Shown here one piece after another: positions 30,986 to 42,150 of a stretch of DNA of 62,434 bases. The position numbers and the translations under genes were made by a program. Within the stretch, counting starts at the first letter, position 1. The number at the start of each line of letters is the position of its first letter. Origin of the DNA: Tannerella sp. Lineage in GTDB: Bacteria > Bacteroidota > Bacteroidia > Bacteroidales > Tannerellaceae. The DNA is taken from NCBI GenBank assembly GCA_031257565.1, contig JAIROL010000172.1:1-62434 (forward strand). Reading direction: 5' to 3'. The notes under the pieces were generated by a model. The model was not told the DNA's origin and searched no databases. It saw only the letters and a list, made by a program, of their open reading frames with translations.

Positions 30986-32479
30986 ATGAAAAAACATGTA
31001 TCGATTTTAATGATTACTGTGCTGACGTTGTTAACATCTTGTAATAAAGAAAATGCCGACCCACAGTTTTGGCAGGAAGAGGCCGCCGCCGAATACTGGC
31101 AGGTTACATGGAACCTGAACGGCGGTTCGTGGCCTCCGGGAGATAACCATGCCACACAAGCGCTGAAAGGCGGAACGCTCGCCGAACCCAATGAACCTGT
31201 AAAAACAGGCGGTACTTTCAAAGGTTGGTACAGGGAAGCTGCATTGACCAACAAAGTTTCTTTCCCTTATGATGTAAGCGGGCTAACAAATAACTTCACC
31301 CTATACGCCAAATGGGAAATGGGAAACCAATCCGGTAACATTTCCTTAAATAAAGCATCACTTACAATCCACACGACCGACCGCGAACGGCTTACAATTA
31401 CTTCCGCTTCGGGAGATAACCCCACTGTTATATGGTCAACATCCAACAAGGATGTGGCAATTGTAAATCATCAGGGAGTAGTAACGGCAACTGGTGCAGG
31501 AAATGCCGTGATTACGGCTACCGTCGGGAGTAAATCTGTCGATTGTGACGTCGAAGTCATCTATTCGGTAATCACAGGAATAGGTACGGCAATATGGAAA
31601 AACGGAGAAAAGATCGAAATAATGAATTATAACGCGCCTAAAGATATCAGATCGGTTTTTGTTTACAGAGGCGATATATATATAACCGGAACTAAAACGG
31701 ACGTCATGGCAGGCAGCACAACGATCACCGAGTACAGCCGAGCTGTGGTAATTAAGGTAGAATGCGCCATTAAGGGCGAGCTTAATACCCTGATCTTTAC
31801 AGATCAGCTCCTTGAAACAAAAGGAAACGCATCTTACGGAGAGGATATATTTATTTCGGCAAATGGGGATATCTATGTTACCGGTTATGAAATATCTACA
31901 AACGAATATAATAATTATTACCATAGATCGGTACTTTGGAAAAACGCTAAACTACAACCGGTACTTTCAAATAGCAATATGAGTCAAAATGCAGTTGCAA
32001 GGTCTGTTTTCGTAAGCGATAACGATGTTTATATTGTCGGTAACTATGGTTATTATGTTGACGATGGTATATGGAAAAACGGGCTATTCGAATTATTAGA
32101 AAGACCGCAGGGAGATATCGCCCGGCTAAAAGCCTCTTCGGTTTTTGTTTCAGGCGACGATGTGTATGTAGCTGGAGCAGCATATTATTACGGTAAATAT
32201 TACTCCGTGCCAAAGGCTGTTTTATGGAAAAACAATGTCCCTGCGGTTCTGGGAACAGGGGAGGCCGGCTCTGAACTTTATTCGGTTTTCGTTTCAGGAA
32301 ATGACGTGTATGTCGCCGGACACGGAGGTTTATGGAAAAACAATGATCTGATGTTCGATGAGCGTGTAAACGATGTATGCGTATATAACGAGGATGTGTA
32401 TGCGTCAGGCGATGAAGATTTGTGGATAAATGGCGTAAAACAATACTGGGGAGCGGGTAAGTCTGTCGTTGTAAAATAA
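30986..32479 (+). CDS. Surface lipoprotein with InlB-B/Listeria-Bacteroides repeat, Ig-like Big_2 domain and C-terminal SVFVSGxDVYVAG repeats
   Basis: Lipobox LTSC; VTWNLNGG...P.KTGGTFKGWY...TLYAKW; WSTSNKDVAIV..GVVTATGAGNAVITAT; repeated SVFVS..DVY..G / WKN units. Confidence 0.82.
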   Translation: MKKHVSILMITVLTLLTSCNKENADPQFWQEEAAAEYWQVTWNLNGGSWPPGDNHATQALKGGTLAEPNEPVKTGGTFKGWYREAALTNKVSFPYDVSGLTNNFTLYAKWEMGNQSGNISLNKASLTIHTTDRERLTITSASGDNPTVIWSTSNKDVAIVNHQGVVTATGAGNAVITATVGSKSVDCDVEVIYSVITGIGTAIWKNGEKIEIMNYNAPKDIRSVFVYRGDIYITGTKTDVMAGSTTITEYSRAVVIKVECAIKGELNTLIFTDQLLETKGNASYGEDIFISANGDIYVTGYEISTNEYNNYYHRSVLWKNAKLQPVLSNSNMSQNAVARSVFVSDNDVYIVGNYGYYVDDGIWKNGLFELLERPQGDIARLKASSVFVSGDDVYVAGAAYYYGKYYSVPKAVLWKNNVPAVLGTGEAGSELYSVFVSGNDVYVAGHGGLWKNNDLMFDERVNDVCVYNEDVYASGDEDLWINGVKQYWGAGKSVVVK

Positions 32480-32567
32480 ACATACGGTGTACCCCTATCT
32501 TTTGTGATTAAAAATAATTACATTTGCAAATGATATATTTACTTGATTATAAACGAACATTTTGATT

Positions 32568-33209
32568 ATGAAGACTTTGAAAGTACCTTATGTGCCGGCA
32601 TTGGACGGACTTGAACTGAGAGATGCGGCAGAGCGGATGGAAACGGAAGCCTTGCGTCAGAGTATAGATGTTATTAATTGGGAAGAATATTCTTATAAAC
32701 CGGTGGTGGCTTTTGATATTGCGCGGGGGAAAGAAGAATTATATCTCCATTATTTTGTACGTGGATTATCTTTACGCGCCATGGCTGATGAAGATGGAGA
32801 GTATGTTCATCCGGATAGTTGCGTGGAATTTTTTATGCGTCAGGAGAATGATCTGTATTATACGAATTTTGAATTTAATTGTATCGGAACTTGTCTTGCT
32901 GCGCGTGGAATGAATCGTAATGCGCGAATTTCTTTTACCTCAAACGAATATAAAAAGATACGTCGTTATACGACTGTCCGGCGTGAAGCTTTTCCGGAAA
33001 AAACCGGCATTTACGAGTGGGAATTGACGGTCGCCATACCGTTTGAACTGATGGGGCTTAAAGTCTCAAACCTGCCGGATAAGATCCGTGGTAATTTTTA
33101 TAAATGTGCGGATGAAACGGCCAATCCCCATTATGTCGCCTGGAACCCGATCAATCTGCCTTCGCCGGATTATCATTGTCCGGAACATTTCGGAGAAATC
33201 CGCTTCTGA
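32568..33209 (+). CDS. Carbohydrate-binding family 9-like (DOMON-like) protein
   Basis: DSCVEFF, YTNFEFNCIG, GNFYKCAD, PDYHCPEHFG. Confidence 0.8.
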   Translation: MKTLKVPYVPALDGLELRDAAERMETEALRQSIDVINWEEYSYKPVVAFDIARGKEELYLHYFVRGLSLRAMADEDGEYVHPDSCVEFFMRQENDLYYTNFEFNCIGTCLAARGMNRNARISFTSNEYKKIRRYTTVRREAFPEKTGIYEWELTVAIPFELMGLKVSNLPDKIRGNFYKCADETANPHYVAWNPINLPSPDYHCPEHFGEIRF

Positions 33210-33215
33210 TTTTTT

Positions 33216-33248
33216 AAAAAAAACCGGATCCGAATTCCGGTTTTTTTT
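33216..33248. terminator. Bidirectional intrinsic terminator between convergent genes
   Basis: AAAAAAAACCGGA-TCCGAAT-TCCGGTTTTTTTT. Confidence 0.8.
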
Positions 33249-33796
33249 TAATCGTCAACTCCTTTGACGTCTACAATACTTATTTCAAACATCAGCGTCG
33301 AATATCCGGGAATTACTACTGACGTGCTGGAATTTTTGTATCCGGATCTTCCGTAGGCTAACTGGTACGGAATCCATATTTCCCATTTGTCTCCTTTAAC
33401 CATGTGTTGTAATGCTGTTTTCCAACCGCTCATAACGCTATTGAGAGTAAAAACGGACGGAGAACCGTCGAATAACCGTTGATCACAAACGTCGCCTTTT
33501 TCAATGTTGTATTCGGGATAATCGGCGACATAACAGCCTTTGTAATAACAGGACACGGCGCTTGTATATCGTATGGAGTCTGTCCCTGTTCCGGCTTCAA
33601 GTACTTTATAGTAGATACTGCCTTCGTTTCCAGGGGATACTAATTCTTTATATTCGGGATCGGTCTTGATTGCATTAAATGCTGTCAGATTGGCTATCAT
33701 CCATTGTTCCTGATGATTATCATCATCGTCGCCACAGGACGTTACGCTGAATAGCGTCGTAACAATCATCATCAAATATAATCCGTATTTTTTCAT
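33248..33796 (-). CDS. FKBP-type peptidyl-prolyl isomerase lipoprotein
   Basis: Lipobox VTSC; GWKTALQHM..GDKWEIWIPYQLAYG, IPGYSTLMFEI. Confidence 0.9.
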   Translation of the reverse strand: MKKYGLYLMMIVTTLFSVTSCGDDDDNHQEQWMIANLTAFNAIKTDPEYKELVSPGNEGSIYYKVLEAGTGTDSIRYTSAVSCYYKGCYVADYPEYNIEKGDVCDQRLFDGSPSVFTLNSVMSGWKTALQHMVKGDKWEIWIPYQLAYGRSGYKNSSTSVVIPGYSTLMFEISIVDVKGVDD

Positions 33797-33818
33797 TAAC
33801 TGTGAATTTTTGATTTGT

Positions 33819-35363
33819 TTATTTTAATTTCTCAAGAATACTGCGCATGCTTACCTTCTCGGAAATAATGCTATGCAGTTTGTCTATAGGTACGCGTTCC
33901 TGTTCCATTGTATCGCGGAAACGTATGGTGACGCACTGATCGTTCAGCGAGTCATGATCGATAGTGATGCAATAAGGTGTTCCGATGGCGTCCTGGCGAC
34001 GGTAGCGTTTGCCTATCGAGTCTTTTTCGTCATACTGGCACCGGAAATCGAAGCGCAACAGGTTCATTATTTCATTTGCTTTTTCCGGAAGTCCGTCTTT
34101 GCGCACCAAAGGCATCACGGCCAATTTTACCGGAGCTAAAGCCGCGGGTAATTTCAACACAACGCGCGTTTCTCCGTCTTTCAGCGTTTCTTCGCAATAA
34201 GCTCCTGCCATTAAACTGAGGAACATACGGTCTACGCCAATGGATGTTTCGATTACATAGGGGACGTAACTCTTATTTAATTCCGGATCAAAATATTGTA
34301 TTTTTTTACCCGAGTATTTTTCATGTTGTGATAAGTCAAAATCCGTACGGCTGTGTATACCTTCCACTTCCTTGAATCCGAAGGGCATTTCGAACTCGAT
34401 ATCGGTCGCTGCGTTTGCATAATGCGCCAGTTTATCATGGTCGTGGTAACGGTATTTCCCGTCGCCCATACCCAGTGCGCGATGCCATTTCATGCGTATC
34501 TCTTTCCATTTGGCGAACCATTCCAGTTCTTCGCCCGGACGTACGAAAAACTGCATTTCCATCTGTTCGAATTCACGCATGCGAAATACGAACTGACGCG
34601 CTACGATTTCATTACGGAATGCTTTTCCTATCTGTGCGATGCCGAAGGGAACTTTCATGCGTCCTGTTTTCTGCACATTCAGGAAATTCACAAAGATACC
34701 CTGGGCCGTTTCGGGACGAAGGTATATTTTCATCGCGCCGTCGGCCGTAGAGCCTATTTCTGTTGCAAACATCAGGTTAAACTGGCGCACATCCGTCCAG
34801 TTGCGCGTTCCGGAGATCAGGCATACGATTTCGCAATCAATAATGATCTGCCGCAGTTCTTCCAGATTGGAATCGTTCAGCGCTTTGGCAAAGCGCGTAT
34901 GCACATCCTCGCGTTTTGCCTGACTTTCAAGTACGCGGGGATTGGTAGCGCGGAACTGTTGTTCGTCGAATGCTTCGCCAAAACGCCTGGCTGCTTTTTC
35001 TACTTCTTTATTTATTTTTTCATCAATCTTAGCGAGATAATCTTCGATCAGCACATCGGCACGATAACGTTTCTTACTGTCTTTGTTGTCGATCAGCGGA
35101 TCGTTGAAGGCGTCGACATGTCCGGAAGCTTTCCATATCGTAGGATGCATGAAAATGGCAGAATCGATACCCGCAATATTTTCGTTCAGTAAGGTCATGC
35201 TGTCCCACCAGTATTTTTTTATGTTGTTCTTCAGTTCGACGCCATTCTGACCGTAGTCGTATACGGCTCCTAATCCGTCGTATATTTCAGATGATGGAAA
35301 TACGAAACCATATTCCTTGCAGTGCGAAACTATTTTTTTAAATACATCTTCCTGTTGTGCCAT
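33819..35363 (-). CDS. glyQS: Glycine--tRNA ligase (homodimeric type)
   Basis: YLRPETAQGIF, GKAFRNEI, FRMREFEQME, SIGKRYRRQD. Confidence 0.96.
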   Translation of the reverse strand: MAQQEDVFKKIVSHCKEYGFVFPSSEIYDGLGAVYDYGQNGVELKNNIKKYWWDSMTLLNENIAGIDSAIFMHPTIWKASGHVDAFNDPLIDNKDSKKRYRADVLIEDYLAKIDEKINKEVEKAARRFGEAFDEQQFRATNPRVLESQAKREDVHTRFAKALNDSNLEELRQIIIDCEIVCLISGTRNWTDVRQFNLMFATEIGSTADGAMKIYLRPETAQGIFVNFLNVQKTGRMKVPFGIAQIGKAFRNEIVARQFVFRMREFEQMEMQFFVRPGEELEWFAKWKEIRMKWHRALGMGDGKYRYHDHDKLAHYANAATDIEFEMPFGFKEVEGIHSRTDFDLSQHEKYSGKKIQYFDPELNKSYVPYVIETSIGVDRMFLSLMAGAYCEETLKDGETRVVLKLPAALAPVKLAVMPLVRKDGLPEKANEIMNLLRFDFRCQYDEKDSIGKRYRRQDAIGTPYCITIDHDSLNDQCVTIRFRDTMEQERVPIDKLHSIISEKVSMRSILEKLK

Positions 35364-35458
35364 AAGACTTTTATTTGTTTTTCAAGCGGGGGCAAAGATA
35401 GCGCTTGCCGGGTGCAATACAAAATAAATCCGGGAAAAATACAACTCAAACAAAATGC

Positions 35459-36292
35459 TTATTCGCTATTTTTATTTAGCTTTTGATCAATAAGCATGAT
35501 TTTCTTTTCCGATTTTGCTTTTTCTTTCCGCATTGCATTTATCTCACTCAGTACAAGAGCTAATTCATAAGTCGCCTTGATCGCTTTTTTGTCTGCGTCG
35601 GAAAGATAAAGCGAATATGGTTTTTTTCCGGTATATTCTGCTTTTATCCGTTCTTTTTTATCCACAACGGAGACGAAATTTGCAACGGCTTTACAGTCTT
35701 TTCCCTTGTATGTTACTACTTCGGTTGTATTACCCATGTCCTTGAAGCGATAGTTTGCTCCTCCGTCATATGGGATGGAAGGCGTTTCGGCAAAAGTCCC
35801 GTCTTTTATAGATAGTTTAAGACCTGTATGTTCGATCGGAGAACTGCCGAAATATACGCTTGCCATGTACATTTCACCCTCCTCGTTTACCCCGCAGCGG
35901 ATATAACTGCGTTCCACATTGCGCTCTATAGTCATCGTTTTCAGGATATAATTGCCGGTTTCGTCATAAGCAGTATCTTTTTCGAATGTAAATCCTTTTT
36001 TCAAATCATCCAGTTCACTGATGCGGATGGGAAGAAGACTGTCGCAATAGGCGACGTTCTGCTCGCTTTCTCCTTTCTCGACAAGACGCATGAAGGCGAG
36101 CGCCTCTTTGCGTACCTCTATTTCACGCGGGAAGAGAATATTGATTGAATCAATGGCGTTTTTAGCGGCAATGAATTGCTTGTTTTCGTACATGGATTTG
36201 GCTTCGTCCAGTCTCCTTTGGGCCTCTTTTCCTTTTCCGCAACCTGTAAGGCATAATAATGCGGCGATAGCTATCATTAATTGTTTGTACAT
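35459..36292 (-). CDS. Conserved hypothetical lipoprotein
   Basis: Lipobox LTGC after the ATG at 36292; long helical ORF. Confidence 0.75.
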   Translation of the reverse strand: MYKQLMIAIAALLCLTGCGKGKEAQRRLDEAKSMYENKQFIAAKNAIDSINILFPREIEVRKEALAFMRLVEKGESEQNVAYCDSLLPIRISELDDLKKGFTFEKDTAYDETGNYILKTMTIERNVERSYIRCGVNEEGEMYMASVYFGSSPIEHTGLKLSIKDGTFAETPSIPYDGGANYRFKDMGNTTEVVTYKGKDCKAVANFVSVVDKKERIKAEYTGKKPYSLYLSDADKKAIKATYELALVLSEINAMRKEKAKSEKKIMLIDQKLNKNSE

Positions 36293-36504
36293 CGTCTTCC
36301 TTTTTAAAATAATGGCAAAATTACATGAAAACCTTACGATTCCCAAGCGCGTGCAATGAAAAAAAGTTTTTTTATAGAGAAAAGATAAAATATTTATCAA
36401 GAACAGAATGTAGTATCAAGTCATAAGTTGAAAGTCATAAGCAGGCTAACGCCGGTACATACTATAACGCCTTAATCATAAGACAAAAGTCAAAAAAACA
36501 GCCG

Positions 36505-36614
36505 ACTTACAACTTATTACTTATTACTTATTACTTACAACTTACAACTTATTACTTACAACTCACAACTCACAACTTATTACTAACAACTTATTACTAA
36601 CAACTTACAACTTG
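36505..36614 (+). repeat. Heptamer tandem array (ACTTACA / ACTTATT / ACTCACA / ACTAACA variants)
   Basis: About 15 consecutive 7-mers; short inverted heptamer run AAGTCAT/AAGTTGA at 36418-36441. Confidence 0.9.
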
Positions 36615-36707
36615 ACAGCAGGCTATGTCCTGGAAAAAACAAAACCGGTTTTATTTTGCATTTCGATCGACTTGCGCTACATTTGCACTCCTTAAAATTT
36701 TTATAGA

Positions 36708-38138
36708 ATGTATTACAGCGCAGAAGATATCTCATCGCATCTTAATGGGGAACCGTTTTTTATGATTTCGGAAATAGCAGATCATTTAGGTCTGGAAACG
36801 TATGTGATAGGGGGTTATGTACGCGATCTTTTTCTCCGGCGTCCATCGAAAGACATTGATATCGTTACGGTTGGAAGCGGAATCGAATTGGCTAAGGCCG
36901 TGGCGAAAAAAACAGATCGGGAGTCGAGCTTGTCTGTTTTTAAAAATTTTGGTACTGCACAGATAAAATATAAAGGCTGGGATATCGAATTTGTTGGCGC
37001 GCGGCGCGAATCATACAGCCGGGACAGTCGTAAGCCGATTGTTGAAGACGGAACGCTGGAAGATGATCAGAACCGGAGGGATTTTACAATCAACGCATTA
37101 GCCTTGTGCCTTAATAAAGATCGTTACGGAGAGCTGGTCGATCCTTTCCGCGGGCTTGATGATCTGGAAAATCTGCGTATTGTCACTCCCCTGGATCCGG
37201 ATGTGACATTCGGCGATGATCCGTTACGTATGATGCGTGCGATTCGTTTTGCCTCGCAACTTGGCTTTTTCATTGATCCGGATACTTTTGATGCAATGGA
37301 GAGAAATAAGGAGCGTATTGAAATTATTTCGAAAGAAAGAATTACCGACGAACTGAACAAGATTATTTTATCGCCCAGGCCTTCCGTTGGTTTTGAATTA
37401 CTGGACCGTTCGGGGCTTCTCGAAATTATATTTCCGGAACTGTGCGCTTTGAAAGGAGTTGAAACTAAAGATGGGATCGGACATAAGGAAAATTTTGCGC
37501 ACACGTTGATGGTTCTTGACCGTTTGAGCAAGACTTCGGATAATTTATGGCTTCGATGGAGCGCGCTTCTTCATGATATAGCCAAACCGGCGACGAAACG
37601 TTTTGATAAACGGCTCGGATGGACTTTTCATAATCATGATTTCATCGGAGAAAAAATGATACCCGGTATGTTCCGCAGGATGAAATTGCCGATGAATGAA
37701 AAGATGAAATATGTACAAAAGATGGTTGCCCTGCATATGCGTCCGATTAATCTGGCAGACGAGGAGGTTACGGATTCGGCCGTACGTCGTTTATTGTTCG
37801 ATGCGGGAGATGATATTGACGATCTGATGAAACTTTGCGAGGCTGATATTACGAGTAAAAATCCGGCAAAGGTTCGTCGATTTATTGAAAATTTCCGCGT
37901 TGTACGGAAAAAAATGGTTGATATAGAGGAAAAAGACCGCGTTCGCAATTTTCAACCTCCGGTTTCGGGCGAAGAAATTATGAATACTTTCGGTATACCT
38001 CCTTCACAACCTGTTGGCGTGTTGAAGGAAGCTATCAAGAATGCTATACTTGACGGCATTATCCCCAATGAGTATGAAGCTGCCGTAAAATTTATGTACC
38101 GGAAAGCGGCGGAAATGGGGCTTACAGGATCAGTTTAG
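36708..38138 (+). CDS. cca: CCA tRNA nucleotidyltransferase with HD domain
   Basis: [34 protein letters not shown]. Confidence 0.9.
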   Translation: MYYSAEDISSHLNGEPFFMISEIADHLGLETYVIGGYVRDLFLRRPSKDIDIVTVGSGIELAKAVAKKTDRESSLSVFKNFGTAQIKYKGWDIEFVGARRESYSRDSRKPIVEDGTLEDDQNRRDFTINALALCLNKDRYGELVDPFRGLDDLENLRIVTPLDPDVTFGDDPLRMMRAIRFASQLGFFIDPDTFDAMERNKERIEIISKERITDELNKIILSPRPSVGFELLDRSGLLEIIFPELCALKGVETKDGIGHKENFAHTLMVLDRLSKTSDNLWLRWSALLHDIAKPATKRFDKRLGWTFHNHDFIGEKMIPGMFRRMKLPMNEKMKYVQKMVALHMRPINLADEEVTDSAVRRLLFDAGDDIDDLMKLCEADITSKNPAKVRRFIENFRVVRKKMVDIEEKDRVRNFQPPVSGEEIMNTFGIPPSQPVGVLKEAIKNAILDGIIPNEYEAAVKFMYRKAAEMGLTGSV

Positions 38139-40352
38139 CCTGCTTACGCTTTTTACCCCTCGCGCGCCTTGAATTTTCTTTGTTAATAAGGTGAGTGATG
38201 ATGTATCCGGGATGATGATCGTAAATGTTCCCTGAAAGAGTCCGTCCACGGAATCAATATTGATCGAACGCAAGGAAACGCGGTTCTCTTTGCTGATTAC
38301 GGATGTGATATTCGTAACGATACTGATGTCGTCATTACCTATAATGCGTAACGTAACCGTATATCCGCTGGTACCTTTCCCGCTCCATTCCGCAGGTATT
38401 ATGCGATACCCGAAGCGGCTGCGCATTTCCGGGGCGTTGGGACAATCCATCCGGTGTATTTTGATGCCCTGCGTTGATACGAAGCCGAACACGGGGTCTC
38501 CGTATATCGGATTACAACATTTCGCAAGTTTATAATCAATGCCGGTCAGATTATTGTCGATCACCAGTATATCCTGCTGAGTGGATATTTCTTTCGCTTC
38601 GATATTGGCTACATATTCTTCGGCGCTGCGTATTTCCGAGTGTTCGGGCGGGTCTTTTTCTTTACGTTCCTGTTCGATACATTCGTCAATAACCGTGTTG
38701 ATATCAAGCTTTTCTTCTGCAATGTCTATATAGAAATCGGTTACGGTCTTATATCCTTTTTTCTTTATATACCGCATTAATACCGCCTCCTCTATCTCAA
38801 TTTTACGGTTCTTTATGCGACGTTGGAGTTGCTCTTTGGCAAGTTCCGCGTTTTTTGCATATTCTTCACGGAGCGCCTGTTTAATTTTTGAACGGGCTTT
38901 TGATGTGGCGACAAAGGAAAGCCAGTCGCGTTTGGGCGTTTGCGTAGGCGATGTTATGACTTCTATCGTGTCGCCGTTGTTAAGAACATACTTTATCGGC
39001 ACATTTTTCCCGTTTACTTTTCCCGAAATGCAACGGCTGCCGATTTTTGAATGAATGGCAAAGGCAAAATCGAGAACTGTAGCTCCTTTACCCAGTTTGA
39101 TCAGGTCGCCGGTCGGAGTAAACACATATATTTCATCCTGATAAAGTTCCATTTTGAATTCTTTCATCAGGTCCATAGGCGTAGAGCCTTGTACCTCAAG
39201 TACGGCGCGTACGTCTGCGAGAAATTCGTCCAACCCGTATTCTTCCTGTCCCCCTTTGTATTTCCAGTGTGCGGCAAGACCTTTTTCTGCGATTTCATCC
39301 ATTCGTTGCGTGCGTATCTGTACTTCTACCCAGCGTTTTTGCGGACCCAGTACTGTGATGTGCAGGCTTTCATATCCGTTATTTTTAGGAACGGACAGCC
39401 AGTCGCGCATACGCTTCGGATTAGGCTGGTACATATCGGTGATGACAGAGAATGCCTGCCAACAGTCGGAACGTTCTTTTTCCCTTTCGGAATCGAGTAC
39501 GATTCGTATGGCGAACAGATCGTATATCCCTTCAAAATCGACTTTTTGCTTTTTAATTTTATTATTTATGGAATGAATGGATTTGGTTCTTCCTTTAATT
39601 TCGAATTTCAATCCGGTATCTTCCAGTTTTTTCCTGACAGGTTCGATAAAGTTGTCAATATATTCGTCGCGCGAACGTTTTGTCTCGTTTAACTTGTCTT
39701 TTATGTAATAATATTGTTTGGGTTCCAGATATTTAAGGGCTAAATCTTCCAGTTCGCTTTTGATTTTGTACAGTCCGAGGCGATGAGCCAGCGGCGCATA
39801 AAGATAGGACGCTTCGGTTGCAAGTCGGATTCGGTCTTTTTCTTCCAGAATGATCTTTCCCATGCGCATCATGCACAAACGGTCGGCAATCATAATCAGT
39901 ATGACGCGTACGTCTTCGGCAAAGGAGAATAGCAAATGGTGAAAATTTTCCGAGTTAACCGCTGTGTTTCGGGCATAGAGGTCGGATGTTTTAAGCAACC
40001 GGTTTATCATAAGCGATACGTCGGAGTTGAATATTTTTTCAACTTCTTCGATCGGAATAGCTTTTTTCAGTACAGGGCGGTATAAAATAAGCGCAAGTAC
40101 GGATGTTCGTTTCAATCCTATATCTTTTGTAGCGATAAGCGCTGTTTCGATATTGCGTATCAGCCCGTTTATTCCGTTCCGGTCGTGACCGTAACATTCT
40201 GTTGCAACGACAGGCTTGAGTAACTGTCGTATTTTAGGCGCGTCATCCTTTTCGAGGCTTTCGGAAAGCGCTTTAAGTAGTTCCCTGTATTTAGAGCGGA
40301 ATATCTTCTTTTCTTCTTCCGTGAAAAAATGATTGGAATTATTTGTCTTCAT
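38130..40352 (-). CDS. relA: RelA/SpoT family (p)ppGpp synthetase
   Basis: [40 protein letters not shown] (DFAFAIHS), CCNP and ACT domains; degenerate hydrolase domain. Confidence 0.93.
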   Translation of the reverse strand: MKTNNSNHFFTEEEKKIFRSKYRELLKALSESLEKDDAPKIRQLLKPVVATECYGHDRNGINGLIRNIETALIATKDIGLKRTSVLALILYRPVLKKAIPIEEVEKIFNSDVSLMINRLLKTSDLYARNTAVNSENFHHLLFSFAEDVRVILIMIADRLCMMRMGKIILEEKDRIRLATEASYLYAPLAHRLGLYKIKSELEDLALKYLEPKQYYYIKDKLNETKRSRDEYIDNFIEPVRKKLEDTGLKFEIKGRTKSIHSINNKIKKQKVDFEGIYDLFAIRIVLDSEREKERSDCWQAFSVITDMYQPNPKRMRDWLSVPKNNGYESLHITVLGPQKRWVEVQIRTQRMDEIAEKGLAAHWKYKGGQEEYGLDEFLADVRAVLEVQGSTPMDLMKEFKMELYQDEIYVFTPTGDLIKLGKGATVLDFAFAIHSKIGSRCISGKVNGKNVPIKYVLNNGDTIEVITSPTQTPKRDWLSFVATSKARSKIKQALREEYAKNAELAKEQLQRRIKNRKIEIEEAVLMRYIKKKGYKTVTDFYIDIAEEKLDINTVIDECIEQERKEKDPPEHSEIRSAEEYVANIEAKEISTQQDILVIDNNLTGIDYKLAKCCNPIYGDPVFGFVSTQGIKIHRMDCPNAPEMRSRFGYRIIPAEWSGKGTSGYTVTLRIIGNDDISIVTNITSVISKENRVSLRSINIDSVDGLFQGTFTIIIPDTSSLTLLTKKIQGARGVKSVSRLN

Positions 40353-40558
40353 ATTTAAAACCTGAATTTGCTCGTAAAGATAATTTTTTTTCTGCTATCT
40401 CTGCATGAATTAACTTTTAAAAACATAGTCTATATTATTGAAAACAGAATATAGCTTCGTTCGGCAATAAAAAAAAGTAAACTTTTTTTGTAATGCTCTC
40501 AACTTTCGCTATATTTGCATCAATGGATTTACGTAAGAAAAACAAAAAACTTTATACT

Positions 40559-42079
40559 ATGCTCGTACCAAGTGATTTATTACAACTTAAGTCGAAAAAC
40601 CTGACTGAATCTCAAATTGATGAACAACTCTCTTATTTTATGAAAGGTTTTCCTTTTCCGGAGATTAAATCCTCTGCGTCTGTTGATAAGGGGATTATGC
40701 GCCTGACGAAAGAACGGCAGGATTGGTTTATTAAGACGTGGGATGATTACCTTTCCGGTGAAAAGCAAATCACAAAGTTTGTTCCTGCTTCGGGCGCTGC
40801 AAGTCGCATGTTCAAGGATTTATTTTCATTTTTGTCCGCATCCTACGAGATTCCGACAACGGATTTTGAAAAAATATTTTTTGACGGAATAAAGCATTTT
40901 GCGTTTTATGAAGCCCTGAACAATATTTGCAAAGCGAACGAAGGAAAAGATATCTCCGGACTTATTGCCGACGGAAGATATAAAAATATCGTATTTAATC
41001 TGCTGGAAAGTAAAGGACTGAATTACGGTTTTCTTCCGAAAGGATTATTATTGTTTCATAACTATCCGGATGGCGCGCGTACGGCGATGGAAGAACATCT
41101 GGCCGAGGGCGCTATGTATGCCGGAAATGCGGAAAATAAGGTAACCATACATTTCACGGTATCGCCGGAACATTTGCCTTTCTTTAAACAAATAGTCGAA
41201 GAAAAGAAGCCGGTATATGAGAAAAAATTCGGAGTAACGTATGATTTGTCATTTAGCACGCAACAGTCAAATACCGATACGATTGCCGTAGATATGGCAA
41301 ATGCGCCGTTTCGCGACGTGAAAGGACGCCTGGTTTTTCGCCCGGGAGGACATGGCGCATTGATACAAAACCTGAATGCGCTGGATGCTGATATTGTTTT
41401 TGTGAAAAACATAGATAATGTCGTGCCGGATCATTTCAAGGAAGCTACCGTGCGCTATAAAAAAGTGATTGCGGGCGTACTTGTGTCGCTCCGGAAACAA
41501 ATATTCGGATATATGCGACTGATAGAAAGCGGGGATTATACGCATGAACAGATAGAAGAGATGATACGCTTTCTGCAGAATGATTTATGTATTAAAAATC
41601 CGGAGACAAAATTTCTTGAAGATGTGGAACTGGTTCTTTATATAAAAAGCAAATTGATGCGTCCGCTGCGTATTTGCGGGATGGTCAAAAATGTCGGAGA
41701 GCCGGGAGGAGGGCCGTTCCTCACTGTGAATCCTGATGGAACGACGTCTTTGCAAATACTTGAAAGTTCGCAGATTGATATGAATAATCCGGATGCGAAG
41801 AAGGCGTTTGAACAGAGTTCGCATTTTAATCCGGTCGATCTGGTTTGCGCACTGAAAGATGTGGACGGCAAAAAGTATCGCTTACCTGATTATATTGATA
41901 AAAATACCGGCTTTATTTCTCAAAAGAGTAAAGATGGGCGCGAATTGAAAGCGCTTGAGCTGCCGGGCTTGTGGAATGGCTCCATGAGTGATTGGAATAC
42001 CGTTTTTGTCGAGGTTCCGATTGAAACATTTAATCCGGTAAAAACCGTGAATGATTTGCTACGACCACAGCATCAGTAG
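40559..42079 (+). CDS. DUF4301 family protein (nucleotidyltransferase-like fold)
   Basis: KFVPASGAASRMFK, FRPGGHGAL, KNIDNV, GEPGGGPF, ELPGLWNG, TFNPVKTVNDLL. Confidence 0.85.
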   Translation: MLVPSDLLQLKSKNLTESQIDEQLSYFMKGFPFPEIKSSASVDKGIMRLTKERQDWFIKTWDDYLSGEKQITKFVPASGAASRMFKDLFSFLSASYEIPTTDFEKIFFDGIKHFAFYEALNNICKANEGKDISGLIADGRYKNIVFNLLESKGLNYGFLPKGLLLFHNYPDGARTAMEEHLAEGAMYAGNAENKVTIHFTVSPEHLPFFKQIVEEKKPVYEKKFGVTYDLSFSTQQSNTDTIAVDMANAPFRDVKGRLVFRPGGHGALIQNLNALDADIVFVKNIDNVVPDHFKEATVRYKKVIAGVLVSLRKQIFGYMRLIESGDYTHEQIEEMIRFLQNDLCIKNPETKFLEDVELVLYIKSKLMRPLRICGMVKNVGEPGGGPFLTVNPDGTTSLQILESSQIDMNNPDAKKAFEQSSHFNPVDLVCALKDVDGKKYRLPDYIDKNTGFISQKSKDGRELKALELPGLWNGSMSDWNTVFVEVPIETFNPVKTVNDLLRPQHQ

Positions 42080-42150
42080 AATAGGATAAAAAAATATCCT
42101 GTATACATCCCGGAGTTGCATTTGCGATATCTTCCATCAGCATACCTGTT

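Noticed and set aside
36505-36614. Heptamer array as CRISPR or coding repeat
   Set aside because: It has simple 7-nt periodicity, no spacers and no credible ORF.
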